From: Asterionella formosa
Lineage: Eukaryota
DNA: 52,300 bases
Direction of reading: 5' to 3'
NCBI GenBank assembly: GCA_002256025.1
Contig: NKIB01013746.1
Coordinates: forward strand, 1 to 52,300
The notes under the pieces are model-generated. The model had not been told where the DNA came from, made no database searches, and saw only the letters and a program-made list of their open reading frames with translations. This document shows, one piece after another, positions 1 through 11,579 of the stretch. The position numbers and the translations under genes were made by a program. Within the stretch, counting starts at the first letter, position 1. Each line of letters opens with the position of its first letter.

Positions 1-793
1 TGTGGATATCAAAAGATCGTCCATACCTTAGAGGTGATGGCATTAGAGTTACAAAGAAAAGATGCACATTTTCCATTCCTGTAAATGTCCCTTTGTAATT
101 CGGGAATTAATCAATACCAAAACAAATTTGACCACAATTGAGATTGGTGACCTAAAACACACACAAAATAATGTTGTCAAGGATGGCATAAGAAAACGTA
201 TTCACAAATACTATCAGTCTGTGTTAATTACTTCCCTGAATAAATTGAACATGAAACCAGCACGTTACATTGCTGAGTCTAGGGCAAAAGGAATTCCTGG
301 CTGTTGATGAAAAATTGAAAAAGTGCATGAAACGACAACTCACTCGCTTACGCAATAAATCGGTTGGGCTAATAAATGGTCAAGGCAATAACTGGGGAGT
401 AATCGCTGCTGTCCTTGAATTGTATAAGAAGGAAAATATCTTTAATTTCACCCAACATTCGATGTACCTACCTACTTGGCATAGACTGTCGACCAGAAGA
501 CGACTCTTTGGTAGCTGTACTAACAACCGAGAATTTTTTTCGAATGCGTACACACAGCAATTCTGGGGCAATCCAATCTTCTTTGCTGCTGATGCATCTT
601 ACAGACTGACACAAGAAGGAAGCGGCGTTTTTCCACTTATTACAACCAACTTGGCTCAACAAACAAAAACGATTGCATATGGAGTGATAAGCCATGAACA
701 CACCACAAAGGGCAAAGATTCATATTTGCGTCAATTAAGTCTGCCCTGGAAGAACTCGTTAGATATAGGAAAACTAATGATATTCCTATCTAG
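1..793 (+). pseudogene. N-terminal half of a Mutator-like (MULE) transposase, frameshifted, 5' end outside window
   Basis: Joining frames gives KKRCTF..SCKCPFVIRE...GDLKH (WRKY/FLYWCH-like Zn finger), then FFAADASYRLTQEG..FPLITT...IAYGVISHE (first catalytic Asp at 591-593 and the beta1-3/E pattern of MULE DDE). After a 1-nt shift it reads GQRFIFASIKSALEELVRYRKTNDIPI with a stop at 791-793. Confidence 0.7.
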
Positions 794-895
794 TATTGAT
801 AACTTTTATAATCAGCACTACTACTTGTGCTTTTCTAAATTTGTCATCCTTTCATATCTAAGCTACCTCCATGTTATCATCCTTTAATATCTAAG

Positions 896-2380
896 TTACC
901 TCCTCGTTTCGAATTTTGATTTGTCCAGAACCTTTATTCTTAATACTAGGCTTTGGATGCATTGTCTTTCGTAAGGTAGAAATAATTCCACAGTCAAATG
1001 CAAAAGCACATGCATGTTACACCACGCATTTGCTAAATACGCGTGACAATGGCACGATATGAGGCCTTCATTGCCCATTGCTTTCAAGCTATTGATCGAA
1101 ATGGGTCCCAATCCACACCTTCCCAAAATTCCTAAAAAGTATGTTAGAGCAACATCATCGTTTTCACTCTTGGACACAATAGGTTCAATAAGGTGAAACC
1201 TGCGGGTGAGGGAAAGGACATCATCAAATGTGTGGTTAGCATAATACTGTTCAGGATTTCGGAGAAGGCGCTTGTACTCATCATGGATTTTGTTCTTCTT
1301 TATCAATTGCATAACAGTTAGTGCAGTAACTGATTCTGTGTTCCCGATATAAAGATATCTCTTTCTGGATTGGGATAGTTGACTGTGCTGTGAGAATGCA
1401 GTTGCAGTATTCTGGGACTGCATTGTTTGCATAGAGGACATAATATTTAGGTCCACAAATGACGATGTTGCAATCAACAATTAATCCTCTCCGATTCTAA
1501 TTGAATCACACTTGAAATCAAATGTCACTGTGAGAAATGTAGCTTCTCCATTTTGGCTTTCTCAAGAAGCTTATAAATAGACTTGTAGAAATTTATCGAG
1601 TGAACCGATGAGTGTAAGGTGGGGCAAAATGAGCGATAGATCCCCTTTGGAACGATCCTCTAGCATGTACGACATGTTATGAATGAAGTTAGCCGTTAAA
1701 GGCTTCCTGTGGTCAAAGAATGATTTATCGCCACTGTTGATGCCCTCTGAATTGTTGTTGTGTGCAGGCAAACCACCACGAAGTAGATTGGAACTGGTGT
1801 TCAATTCAATTCTGGTGTGAATGGTGGGACCCCATTGTTTTAACCATGCAGATGCAACTTTCTTTTCCTTGTATGTGTTGATCCACTTGAAAATCATCAA
1901 ATCGCGGAGGATTGGAACTAGCTGTATCCAGGGACTTCTTTTATACGCCTCGAAGTCTTCACCCATTCTCTTCTTGTTTTTGTCGTATTTCTTGAACTTT
2001 CCTCTATGCTTCTTTAACCATTCATTCCAGGCATGATAAGAGCACATACCAAATGTAAATTCAGCATTTGGCCAAATCTTCTTGACAGCCTTGCGACAAG
2101 CTAAGGTATAATCAGTCATTGTCTGTATGATAAAGTCTGGTGAGTCCGGTTCCCAGCACCAAGGAGTGTCATCATGGGGAAGAGGAAAATCGTCAGTGCG
2201 TGCTGGAGTGTCGCCTGCAGGTGACAATGGCAGGATGGAAAAGTTAATGGGATCTACCCCTTTTTTCCCAGAAGAGGAAGCACTATCATCTGACGAACTA
2301 TCTCCTGAACTCTGCAAGATGCTATCATCCCCCTCCTCAGAGGAGGATGAATTTTGAGATGAGTTGGAAGAACTAGACAT
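896..2380 (-). pseudogene. C-terminal half of a MULE transposase (second Asp, CxxH, Glu, SWIM finger), frameshifted
   Basis: ORF 2380-1571: Ser/acidic leader, then QTMTDYTLACRKAVKKIWP...MCSYH...HNNNSEGIN (MULE D, CxxH and NNxxE motifs). ORF 1480-896: ISCHCHAYLANAWC(x)H = SWIM CxC-x7-CxH with a 1-nt shift. Confidence 0.8.
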
Positions 2381-3269
2381 TTCGTATTTGTGGAGCGACT
2401 TTTGACAAAAAGTAATTCATGGATACACATGACAATTCCAAATATAATGCCGATATTATGTATTATGTGGACTTTTACTGCCGAGTGGAATGACAGACCT
2501 ACAGGATTACATGTTAATTCGTCCAACTGCTGGTACCACAACATATGTATATAGTGATGTATATTATATATGCTTGGCATGCATAATGAATATGCTTGGC
2601 ATACTTAATACTGGGTACCAGATACCATCAGGTAGTACTTCCATTTGTGTTTGTAGTACAGCTGCCTGTGGTATAGGGTCAATGAGACAGCAATTCCATC
2701 TGGACCATGACGAAATTATGGAGTTGAATATCTTCACGAATATTGACAATGAACAATTCCTATTTAGCATGTGTATTCAGACTAACATAGAAGAGATTAT
2801 CGTTCAATAATAAAAATTTTTGCACTAGTATTGACAACAAAAAGTTAAAATCGGCGCTGGAAGTTGTTTTTGGTCGTCATTTGCTCAGTTTTGAAGATAT
2901 GACCAAAGTAGCGACAGTGTTGAGTCCGCCATGATTAGCTTGTTGATAACTTTGACTAGATAAGGTTTTCTATGTTTTTTAGAAATAGATGAGAAAGCCT
3001 GAGCGACAGTATTCTCGGAGAAGGTACAACATTTCAAGATGCAACAAATTCCTCTACGTCAATTTTGTAGTGAGTTTTATGTACACACTAATTGTCATGG
3101 TTCATATTTCTATGGAATCTTGATAAGTCATTTGACAGCTTACTATGACATACTTTTAGCCATTCAACAATAGACTGCTTGTTCATTACGCGAATAAAAT
3201 CTTCGCATCGCGGAAATGATCACGAACTCCCCTGACTGACGGTGTATATGCAAAAATGTATTCTTTCAG

Positions 3270-3835
3270 CCCATTTCAGTATTCCAATATAACTTGGTAT
3301 AATTTGGTGTCATTTTCATTTAGGAAATCAGTGTCATCAAGTTCAGGATGGAACTGTGGTGGTGCAGGTACATCAAGTTTAGTCTTGAACATTGCTTTGA
3401 GTGGTCCATACTATGTTGCTTCAATGACTGGTATGGCCTTTTCTAGGTAATCCTCAGCAGAGATGAACCAGGCTTCACTCCCGTTATCCAACTGTTGTTT
3501 TCCAATAATAGCTCAAAGTTATCTAGTGGGGGTCCCACATCTTTGAGCCGAGAAAGGAATGGTGTAAAGGAATGGTGGTTCCGCAAATGTGGTGTTGATG
3601 ATTTGTAAGGGATACTCTGAAATGCACAAAATGTCGTCCACATACACTAAGATGTACTTATAATATTCAAAACCATTTGATCTTCTTGCTTCACAGTACC
3701 ACATGTCAGGGTTCAAGTAGTAATGTGGGATAAAGTGCAAGTCCCATAAGGTAGAGGGAAAATGTGTACGCCGTGCTACACCGGCCGGAACTCGTCCTTA
3801 GGCCATATTGGGCCCTAACAATGATGGCGATTTCT
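3270..3835 (-). mobile_element. Ty1/copia (diatom CoDi-like) reverse transcriptase remnant
   Basis: IVRAQYGLRTSS, NPDMWY...YYKYILVYVDDILCIS (YVDD), and downstream PPQFHPELDDTDFL...LYQ; several frameshifts. Confidence 0.85.
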
Positions 3836-4399
3836 GTTTACGCAATATATCATATACCCACCAATTGAAAGCTGGTTGATCATCGATGTGATTGTCAATG
3901 GAATAATTTGCAACTTCGACAGCGTTGGTTTCTTTTAACTCGTTTAGTGCATACGCCGTTTATGGCACTTTTTCGAATTTATATCTACAGTGACGTTAAA
4001 CAAAACCTTATTTCACTTATCGAATAATTATGTGATCATACCAATAATTATGTGTGCTCGTGACAATATATGTTGACCAACTAGCCATCGGGGCAGAATA
4101 AAAGCGAAATTATGCTGCTCCGCTGCAATATGCTGCTGCTTTCAACATATAATGAACGAAAGAGCTGCCAATTCCGATTCACTTATTATTTTTTTCTGCT
4201 CTGACATATTTCTTTGATCTCAACTGGCAAACATCAACACATGTAAGAGGAAGATTCACACAGTAGAATTCAGCACACATAGTAGTAGTTGCTTTTGTAG
4301 ACATATTTTTTAGTCATTGTTGATTGTAGAGTTCACAATAGCCTAACAGATTAGAAATAAAGCACCGTTGGTCCTTGTTGAGAATCGCTGAGCATTGCA

Positions 4400-5790
4400 T
4401 GTCGCCTTAGTGAGGACGTCGAAAGTAAAATGTATAAAAAGAAGCAAAGGATGAGTAGAAATCAACGATGGAATTCGTAAAATTCTTTAGGAATAGTTGT
4501 TGCATATTTGCATGTCGCTGTAGTGAGTGGAAATTGAGATGTGCCACAATGGCCTTCTCCTCTTCGTATCAGCTACAATAGTTTACAGCGATAGCTTGAA
4601 CAAGCACAATATAGAAAAAGAAGCAGAGGAGGAGCAGCTGTCAACGATTGAAATCATAAAATTGCTTAGAAACAGCTGTTGCATATTTTGACATTCAATG
4701 CATGTTTCCATAGTGAGGAGTCAAAATTGAGATGTGCCGCAATGGCCTTCTCCATTTCGGAGCAGCTACAATGAGTCTACAGCGATAACTCTAGCAAGCA
4801 CAATATAGAAAAAGAAGCAAAGGATGAATAGCTGACAGCAATTGAAATCGTAAATTCGTTAAGAAACAGCTATTGCATATTTTAATATTCAATGCATGGT
4901 GTCGCTGTAGTGACTCGAAATTGAGATGTTCCGCAATGGTCGTCTTTTCTGAGCAGCTAAAAATAGTCTACAGCGATAACTTTAACAAGCACAATATAGA
5001 AAAAGAAGCAGAGGAGGAGCAGCTGTCAACGATTGAATTCATAAAATTGTTTATTTACAGCTGTTGCATATTTAACCTTACATGTCGCCGTAGTGAGTCA
5101 AAATTGAGATGTGCCGCGATGGCCTCCTCCATTTCGGAGCAGCTACAAATATTTTACAGCGATAACTCTAGCAAGTACAGCAAAGAAAAAGAAGCAAAGG
5201 ATGAGTAGCTGTCAACGATTGAATTTGTAAAATCATCACTTAGAAACAGCTGTTGCATATTTCAACATTCAATGGCGCTGTTTGTCGCCATAGTGAGTCA
5301 AAATTGAGATGTTCCGCAATGGCCTTCTCAGTTTCGGAGCAGCTACAAATAGTCTACAGCGATAACTTAATCAAGAACAATATAGAAAAAGAAGGAGAGG
5401 AGGAGTAGCTGTCAACGATTGAATTCGTAAAATTGTTGAGGAACAGCTGTTGCATATTTTAACCTTCAATGCATGTCGCCATAGTGAGTCAAAATTGAGA
5501 TGTGCTGCAATGGCCTTCTCCGGTTTGGAGTAGCTAGCAAAAGTCTGAAGCAATAACTTTAGCAAGCACAATATAGAAAAGAAGCAAAGGATGAGTAGCT
5601 GACAACAATTTAATTCGTAAATTCGTTAAGAAACAGCTGTTGCAGCATATTGCAACATTTATTTTATGTCGCTGTAGTGAGTCAAAATTGAGGTGTGCAT
5701 GCCGCAATGGCATTCTCCTTTTCCGATCGGCTAAATTACATCTATATTGATAACTGTAGCAATAACAAATTGGATGTAAAGGCAAGGGCC
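4400..5790 (+). repeat. Tandem satellite A, ~190 bp unit, ~7 copies
   Basis: Anchor TTGAG(A/G)TG recurs at 4534, 4727, 4921, 5104, 5304, 5495 and 5688. Confidence 0.95.
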
Positions 5791-6079
5791 AACGAGATGA
5801 AGACTATCAGCTTCATTGAATTCAACCACTACATAACCTGTATTTTTCGCAATATTTTGCACTTTTCTGCACATCACCAGTCAATACACTCCAAAAATAT
5901 TCGCTGATGTCTGATTTGACCAATAAAACTCTTAGAAAATTAGTAGATGGATGCATTTCGGTAGAGAATAATAACTTTTGAGTTTTGGTGCATTCCTGCT
6001 GATGTAATAACTATCATCACGGGATACTAGCACATCCTATGGTAGTAAATCAAAAATGAGAAATGCCACAATTGCCATC

Positions 6080-7930
6080 TACAAATCCTAATGCCTCCTT
6101 TGATCAATATATGTTCATTATGAGTGTATCGACATTTGCCTTGACGGTATCATTGATTTTGTGTACATCTAATACAATGCTAGAGAGAAATCGGCCTTAA
6201 TTGGATAAGAAAGATTGAGCACTGATGATCAGTCCACCACCACCGAAAATTTACACACCAGCCATCCTGATGACCAATTTGATCAATATATGTTCATTCT
6301 CAGAATATCGACATTCTCCATGACGACATTGATCTCATGTACATCGAATAGTATGCTGGATAGAAATCAGCCTTAAAATGGCGGAGAAAGAGGGTTTGGA
6401 ATTTCTGTTGCTACAGCACTGGTTATGCAGCAGTCCACAGTAGTACCAAAAATTTACACACTATCCTGATGACTTATTTGATCAATTTATGTTCATTCTC
6501 AGAATATCGACATTCGCCATGACGAAATTGATCTTATGTACATCGAATTGTATGCTGGATAGAAATCAGCCTTAATATGGCGGAGAAAGAGGGTTTGGAA
6601 TTTCTGTTGCTACAGCACTGGTCATGCAGCAGTCCACAGCAAGCACCGAAAATTTACACACCATCCTGATGACCAATTTGATCATTATATGTTCGTTCTC
6701 AGAATATCGATATTCTAAGTGACGACACTGATCACATGTACATTGAATACTATGCTGGATAATAACCGGCCTTAAAATGGCGGAGAAAGAGGGTTTCGAA
6801 TTTCTGTTGCTGCCGCAGCACTTGTGATGCAGCAGTCCACAGCAAGCACCAAACAATTACACACCATAATTATGACCAATTTGATCATTATATGTTCGTT
6901 CTGAGAATATCGATATACTGAGTGATGGCACTGATCTCATATACATCGAATACTATGCTGGATAGAAATTGGTCTTAAATTGGTGGAGAAAGAGAATTTG
7001 GAATTTCCGTTGCTACAACACTGATGATCATTCCACAAGCACAGAAAATTTACACATCATAATGTCTCCTTTGATAAATATGTGTTTGTTCTGAGAATAT
7101 CGACATTCGAAATGACAACATTGAGCTTGTGTACATCGAATACTATGCTGGATAAAAATCGGCCTTAAAATGGTGGAGAAATATGGTTTGGAACTTTTGT
7201 TACCACAGCACTGATGTTCAGTCCACAGCAAGTACCAAAAATTTACACGCCATCCTGATGACCAAATTGATTAACATTTGTTCGTTCTCAGAATATCGAC
7301 ATTTGCCATGACGACTTTGATCTTGTGTACATCAAATACTTTGCTGGATAGAAATCAGCCTTAAATTGGTGGAGAAAGATGGTTTGGAATCTCCGCCGCT
7401 GCTACTGGCTGGTCATGCAGCAGTCCACAAACTCCGAAATTTTACACACCATCCTGATGAACAATTTGATCATTATATGTTCGTTCTGAGAATATCGATA
7501 TACTGAGTGATGGCACTGATCTCATGTACATCGAATACTATGCTGGAGAGAAATTGGCCTTAAATTGGTTAAGAAAGATTGTTTGGAATTTTTGTTGCTT
7601 CATCACTGATGATCAGTCCACAAGCACCGAAATTTTACACATCCTAATGACCAATTTGATCAATATATGTTTGTTCTGAGCATATTGATCTTCGGAATGA
7701 CGTCACTGCCCTCGTGTACATCGAATACTATGCTATATAGAAATCGGCCTAAAATCGGTGGAGAAATATGTTTTGGAATTTTGGTTGCTACAGCACTGGT
7801 CATGCATCAGTCCACAGCAAGCACCGAAATTTTACACATTCTGATGCCTCCATTGATCAATATATGTTCGTTCTGACGAGCATATCAATATTTGACATGA
7901 CCGCATTTCATTCGTGAACATCAAATACTA
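6080..7930 (+). repeat. Tandem satellite B, ~191-200 bp unit, ~9 copies
   Basis: Anchor CATCCTGATGACCAATTTGATC (or variant) recurs near 6262, 6461, 6661, 6862, 7056, 7250, 7449, 7639 and 7836. Confidence 0.95.
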
Positions 7931-8460
7931 GTGGAGAAAAGCTACCTCCATTCATTCTTGTGTTCAAGGGAACCAGTGATGCATGGATAAGCAGGCAGTT
8001 AGCCATCAATCCACCAAATGAATGTCGGCTTTCAGTGAAATATTCTTGCCAGGCCAGGGCTTGTTGGGTAGACCAAACTGTCTTTTTAATTGGATTGAGC
8101 AGGTTTGGAAGCCCCGGAACCATGGATTCCTAGGAGAGCCAAGCATACCTGCTAATGGACGACTTTTCGGTTCACAAAGTTGGCAAATATGCAGATGATG
8201 CCATTGAATCTTGTGGCAACAAGGTCGACTAGTACATAACAACCCCTGGCTTCTCATCCCAGCTTCAAGTACTGGATGTGTGAGTCAACAAGCCACTCAA
8301 AGGCTATGATGTGCAGGCTGGCTGCATTGGAGAATTTTATGGTTCAAAACCTAGAAAATGAAAAGATTAAGAGACAATGTTGCCCAACGGGCGGAGGCAG
8401 ACAGCATGCTGGGCCCAGGTAACTGTGTCTTCGATCACAAATAGCTAGGCCAGGTTTGGA
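7931..8460 (+). pseudogene. pogo/CENP-B-like DDE_1 transposase, catalytic-domain remnant
   Basis: Across frameshifts: GEKLPPFILVFKG ... LLMDDFSVHK ... PGFSSQLQVLDV.VNKPLKG, the typical DDE_1 motifs. Confidence 0.8.
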
Positions 8461-9079
8461 TACAAAGCTGGTTTACTTTTGTTATAGTCCATTTGGATAG
8501 CATTTAGTGAAACATCTTTTATTTGTTAAATGTTTTGTTTTCAAACTACAAATCTGACTTGCAAATGGAAAAAATATGATATATTTTGTTGACAGCTAGA
8601 AATTATATCAATCAACCAGTTTCAAGTCTTAAATGTTCAACTACTTTTTAATAAGTATTAAATAAAGCCTTGGTTCTGTTTCCTTTGTCAGCCGTAAGCA
8701 CAGCTATGTACCGTTATGTAACAATACATCATAGGGTCAATTATCTAGAGCTTATGTTGATATAGTGAAGCAAACTTCTACGGAAATACTGGTATAGGCT
8801 ACATGTGATACTGGTTTGATCTCATGATAGCCTATTTGCTCCTTCCGAGGACTCTCCAGTCTTGGGAGCCCGCTACACATGTGGTGGCGCCGTTCCTAGA
8901 AAGTGAAGGCGCCAAATTGGGTTGTTCTTGGACTACTGCATAAGTCTACTAGGTGACGGCACTAGGCTTGCCTTCACCTTTTCTACCTAGATAGAAAGGA
9001 ATACTAGTTTTGAGAGATAGCACTCTTTACAACGTTAGATATTTGCATTCCATGTCCGTTCTAAAGTAGTCCGAATTCA

Positions 9080-10525
9080 CTATGGTGGCCCTTCCCAACG
9101 AAGCGCTCGCATGATGTTTTTGTCGAACGTCTTGCCCATGAAGTCCAAATCTTTCCGTGAAAGAGGACCGAAATCCCGCTGTCTCCCATATTTTATATAC
9201 GCATCAACTAATCCATTTCTATGTTTACTTGGTCCATGCCCTGGTCCCACCTTGGCACTATCAATAACATAATGAAAGATGCCATCATTTTCTTTGGGTG
9301 GATAAAACTTTCCTCCTACGCAGGCACAAATCTTGCGAGACAATTGCTTTGGGTAAAAAATGACGTCTTCGAAGCGCACCATCAACCTCGGATATGTCGC
9401 GTTAAAGTACGCTCCATTCCAATCATTCCACATGTGTGCGATACTTGCATGATGACTATCTCCAGCTCCAAAGTGTGCATCAACCGTATTACCTTCGTAC
9501 AAATTCGGGCAATTAAATCTGGTATGATCCCATTTGGCCGTATATCCATGCCGACACATGCTCATGATCCATTCGTAAGGATGTCGGACTATGGAGAAAA
9601 CCATAATATCTTCTTGCACCATTCTCTCCCAATTGATGCCTTGTTTCTTTGCATGAACTTTGTAGTGAAGGCGTCCAATATACTCAGGAGTATGCTTCCC
9701 CCAAGGCACTTGCCACTCCATGCCATGGCCCCTTCTGCGTCCTTCGATAGCGATTCTTTCAGGAATTCCACAGTTGTGTTGCAAAAGGATAGCAAGGAGG
9801 TTGGTGCCCGTGTTGAACATTCCCGCAACACCGACTCGTCGGCGTTCGGCCGATACTTGATCACGGTATGCTTTGCACGTTTCGAGTCCATAAATGACGG
9901 GTTCGTTCCCATGTACGGCTTGAATCTCATCCCATGTTGGAGCCGCTTTCCAAGTCTCGTCGCCCACTGCTGTAACGTTGAGGTCCATTTCTAAGAGCAT
10001 GCCCAGCAGTTGTTCCTTACCAGTGTACAAATCGGGTCGATCATATACGAATTTATCTATTTTGACACGGACAGAATCATCTACGTCGAGTTCTCGAAAA
10101 ATAATTTCATCTTCTGTTGGAACGCGATCCGTAGTCTTTGGCGTTGTGACTGCGTCGGACCGTACCTTGTCTTCTTTCTTGTTTCCAGTCTTCAGCGCTA
10201 CCGGTAGTCGTTTTGTGCTGGATGGCGTTAATTTCCCCTTTATTCTCCCCGTCCGTTTATTGTTTTTATTTTGTCCCGGAGAATTTCGCGCCGTTAGCTT
10301 CACGTTCGCCTGCATTTTTTCTGCCCCGACTTTGCCGATCGCAGCAGGCTCATCTTGCAGCTGATGCAGATGCAGAGACCGATGCTGATGCTGATGCAAG
10401 AGGAAGAAAGAAACCCAATAAAGCATTACTGTAATCGTAAGTACGCCGACGGCTGTGCCAAGGCGAAGGTGAACTTTGGCTGGTCGTCTTGACCCGGGCC
10501 CTTGTCGCCCTACCACTCGCACCAT
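9080..10525 (-). CDS. Type II membrane sulfotransferase-like protein, 481 aa
   Basis: Intact ORF; N-terminal TM helix; GVAGMFNTGTN (5'-PSB-like), WQVPWGKH, VRHPYEWIMS (3'-PB-like), VRFED; paralogous to 17181-18290. Confidence 0.8.
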   Translation of the reverse strand: MVRVVGRQGPGSRRPAKVHLRLGTAVGVLTITVMLYWVSFFLLHQHQHRSLHLHQLQDEPAAIGKVGAEKMQANVKLTARNSPGQNKNNKRTGRIKGKLTPSSTKRLPVALKTGNKKEDKVRSDAVTTPKTTDRVPTEDEIIFRELDVDDSVRVKIDKFVYDRPDLYTGKEQLLGMLLEMDLNVTAVGDETWKAAPTWDEIQAVHGNEPVIYGLETCKAYRDQVSAERRRVGVAGMFNTGTNLLAILLQHNCGIPERIAIEGRRRGHGMEWQVPWGKHTPEYIGRLHYKVHAKKQGINWERMVQEDIMVFSIVRHPYEWIMSMCRHGYTAKWDHTRFNCPNLYEGNTVDAHFGAGDSHHASIAHMWNDWNGAYFNATYPRLMVRFEDVIFYPKQLSRKICACVGGKFYPPKENDGIFHYVIDSAKVGPGHGPSKHRNGLVDAYIKYGRQRDFGPLSRKDLDFMGKTFDKNIMRALRWEGPP

Positions 10526-10659
10526 GGTCGTCGAAATAGTTTTGAATCGAATCGACTCGGAGGAGGCCGGAATGAGAAAATGACCAGTTTATCGTGTTAC
10601 CAGGAAGGAAGGTCAGTAATCGAGATATTTAGCTTTATCTTTTCCTAAGTAAAAAAGTG

Positions 10660-10900
10660 TTATACCAGACCTTCCAGGAGGTGGGGCACCAGGTACCTGG
10701 TACCTGGTACCTCCGACCTGGGAGGACACCTGGTATGATGCCGTAAAATACTAACTTGTACCAGGAATGTACCTGGTAGCAAGAGGAAACCCTGGCAGGA
10801 AGGATTAAGAGGATTTTGAGCCCCCCCCCCCCCCAAATCATTTGAATTTTCAAATAATCATCCTTTTTAGGTACCAGTAACCACGTACCAAGTACCAGGA
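10660..10900. repeat. CCTGGTA/TACCAGG heptamer field upstream of gene
   Basis: CACCAGGTACCTGGTACCTGGTACC at ~10688-10712 plus scattered copies. Confidence 0.8.
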
Positions 10901-11579
10901 GGTTGGTTGTGCCTCACAGGCAGTATGCATTATAATTATACATACGAACGTGGTACGGCAGAGCATGTCAAATAGGAGTAACCGTACTTACCATCACGAC
11001 CAGCCCAAAACAAAGCGGGAATGAGGTCCGAGAAAGACAGGCGGTTGGCTTTGTTTATCAAGTAATTTCTGAGTATCGTGTACCGTTCATTCGCCGTAAG
11101 CACCATCCCAGTGTAGCCACCAGATTTGGTACATGCACATGCATGAGTGCTACCGGTAGTACTAACAATAGACTCATAACAGCAATAGAATAGTCATGAT
11201 ATTGTAGCTCACAGGTACTCATGATAAGGTTCCCCTCAACAGAGCTACAATATCTGTTCTTTCTCTCTTTGCCCGCACCCTTTCCATTGCAGCTATATTC
11301 GGAGGTTCCATTGCTGAATCGCCACCAGTGCAAATGACCGTTGCTGAATCGCCACCGGTGCAAACAACCATTGCCTTGCGCACCTGTGCATCTACAATTG
11401 CCAGCATTTTCTCCCTTCTTTCCCTTGTGTTCTCCAGCATGGCGACTCCTTTTATTTCTGCTGTCTTTTCTTTCCCTCATCTGCTCCTTATGCCAGTTGA
11501 CAGTAAACCTACAGCCCTCATTGTATCCTGCCTTCGCAAGGAATTATTCACAACTGGCTGCTTGCTCCATGAATTGTAC

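Larger units (their letters stand above)
1..3232. mobile_element. MULE-like DNA transposon, right part; probable terminus near 3232
   Basis: Contains both transposase halves, followed by an AT-rich non-coding tail ending ...GATCACGAACTCCCC (G-run start on the minus strand) just before the Copia RT remnant. The partner terminus is not in the window, so the boundary is inferred. Confidence 0.45.
3953..7930 (+). mobile_element. Left copy of a long satellite-bearing transposon end (terminus + unique + satellite A + spacer + satellite B)
   Basis: Reverse-complement match along its length to 35540-38946; starts (T)ACGCCGTTTATGGCACTTTTTCGAATTTAT. Confidence 0.85.

Noticed and set aside
6262..6330. 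CTGATGA in satellite B as a hammerhead core
   Set aside because: No stem II closing onto a GAAA, and no stems I or III.
4873..7876. ORFs in satellites A and B as repeat proteins, including a GTGAGT...TACAG intron reading of satellite A
   Set aside because: Unit lengths vary by non-multiples of 3 and stops recur; splicing the 67-nt segment does not give a consistent frame.
4400..7930. Regularly spaced repeats as a CRISPR array
   Set aside because: Whole ~190-200 bp units repeat with no unique spacers; eukaryotic context; no cas genes.
9221..10364. Long antisense ORFs over real genes (also within 41715-47534 and 50977-51444)
   Set aside because: Shadows of coding strands with no recognisable motifs.
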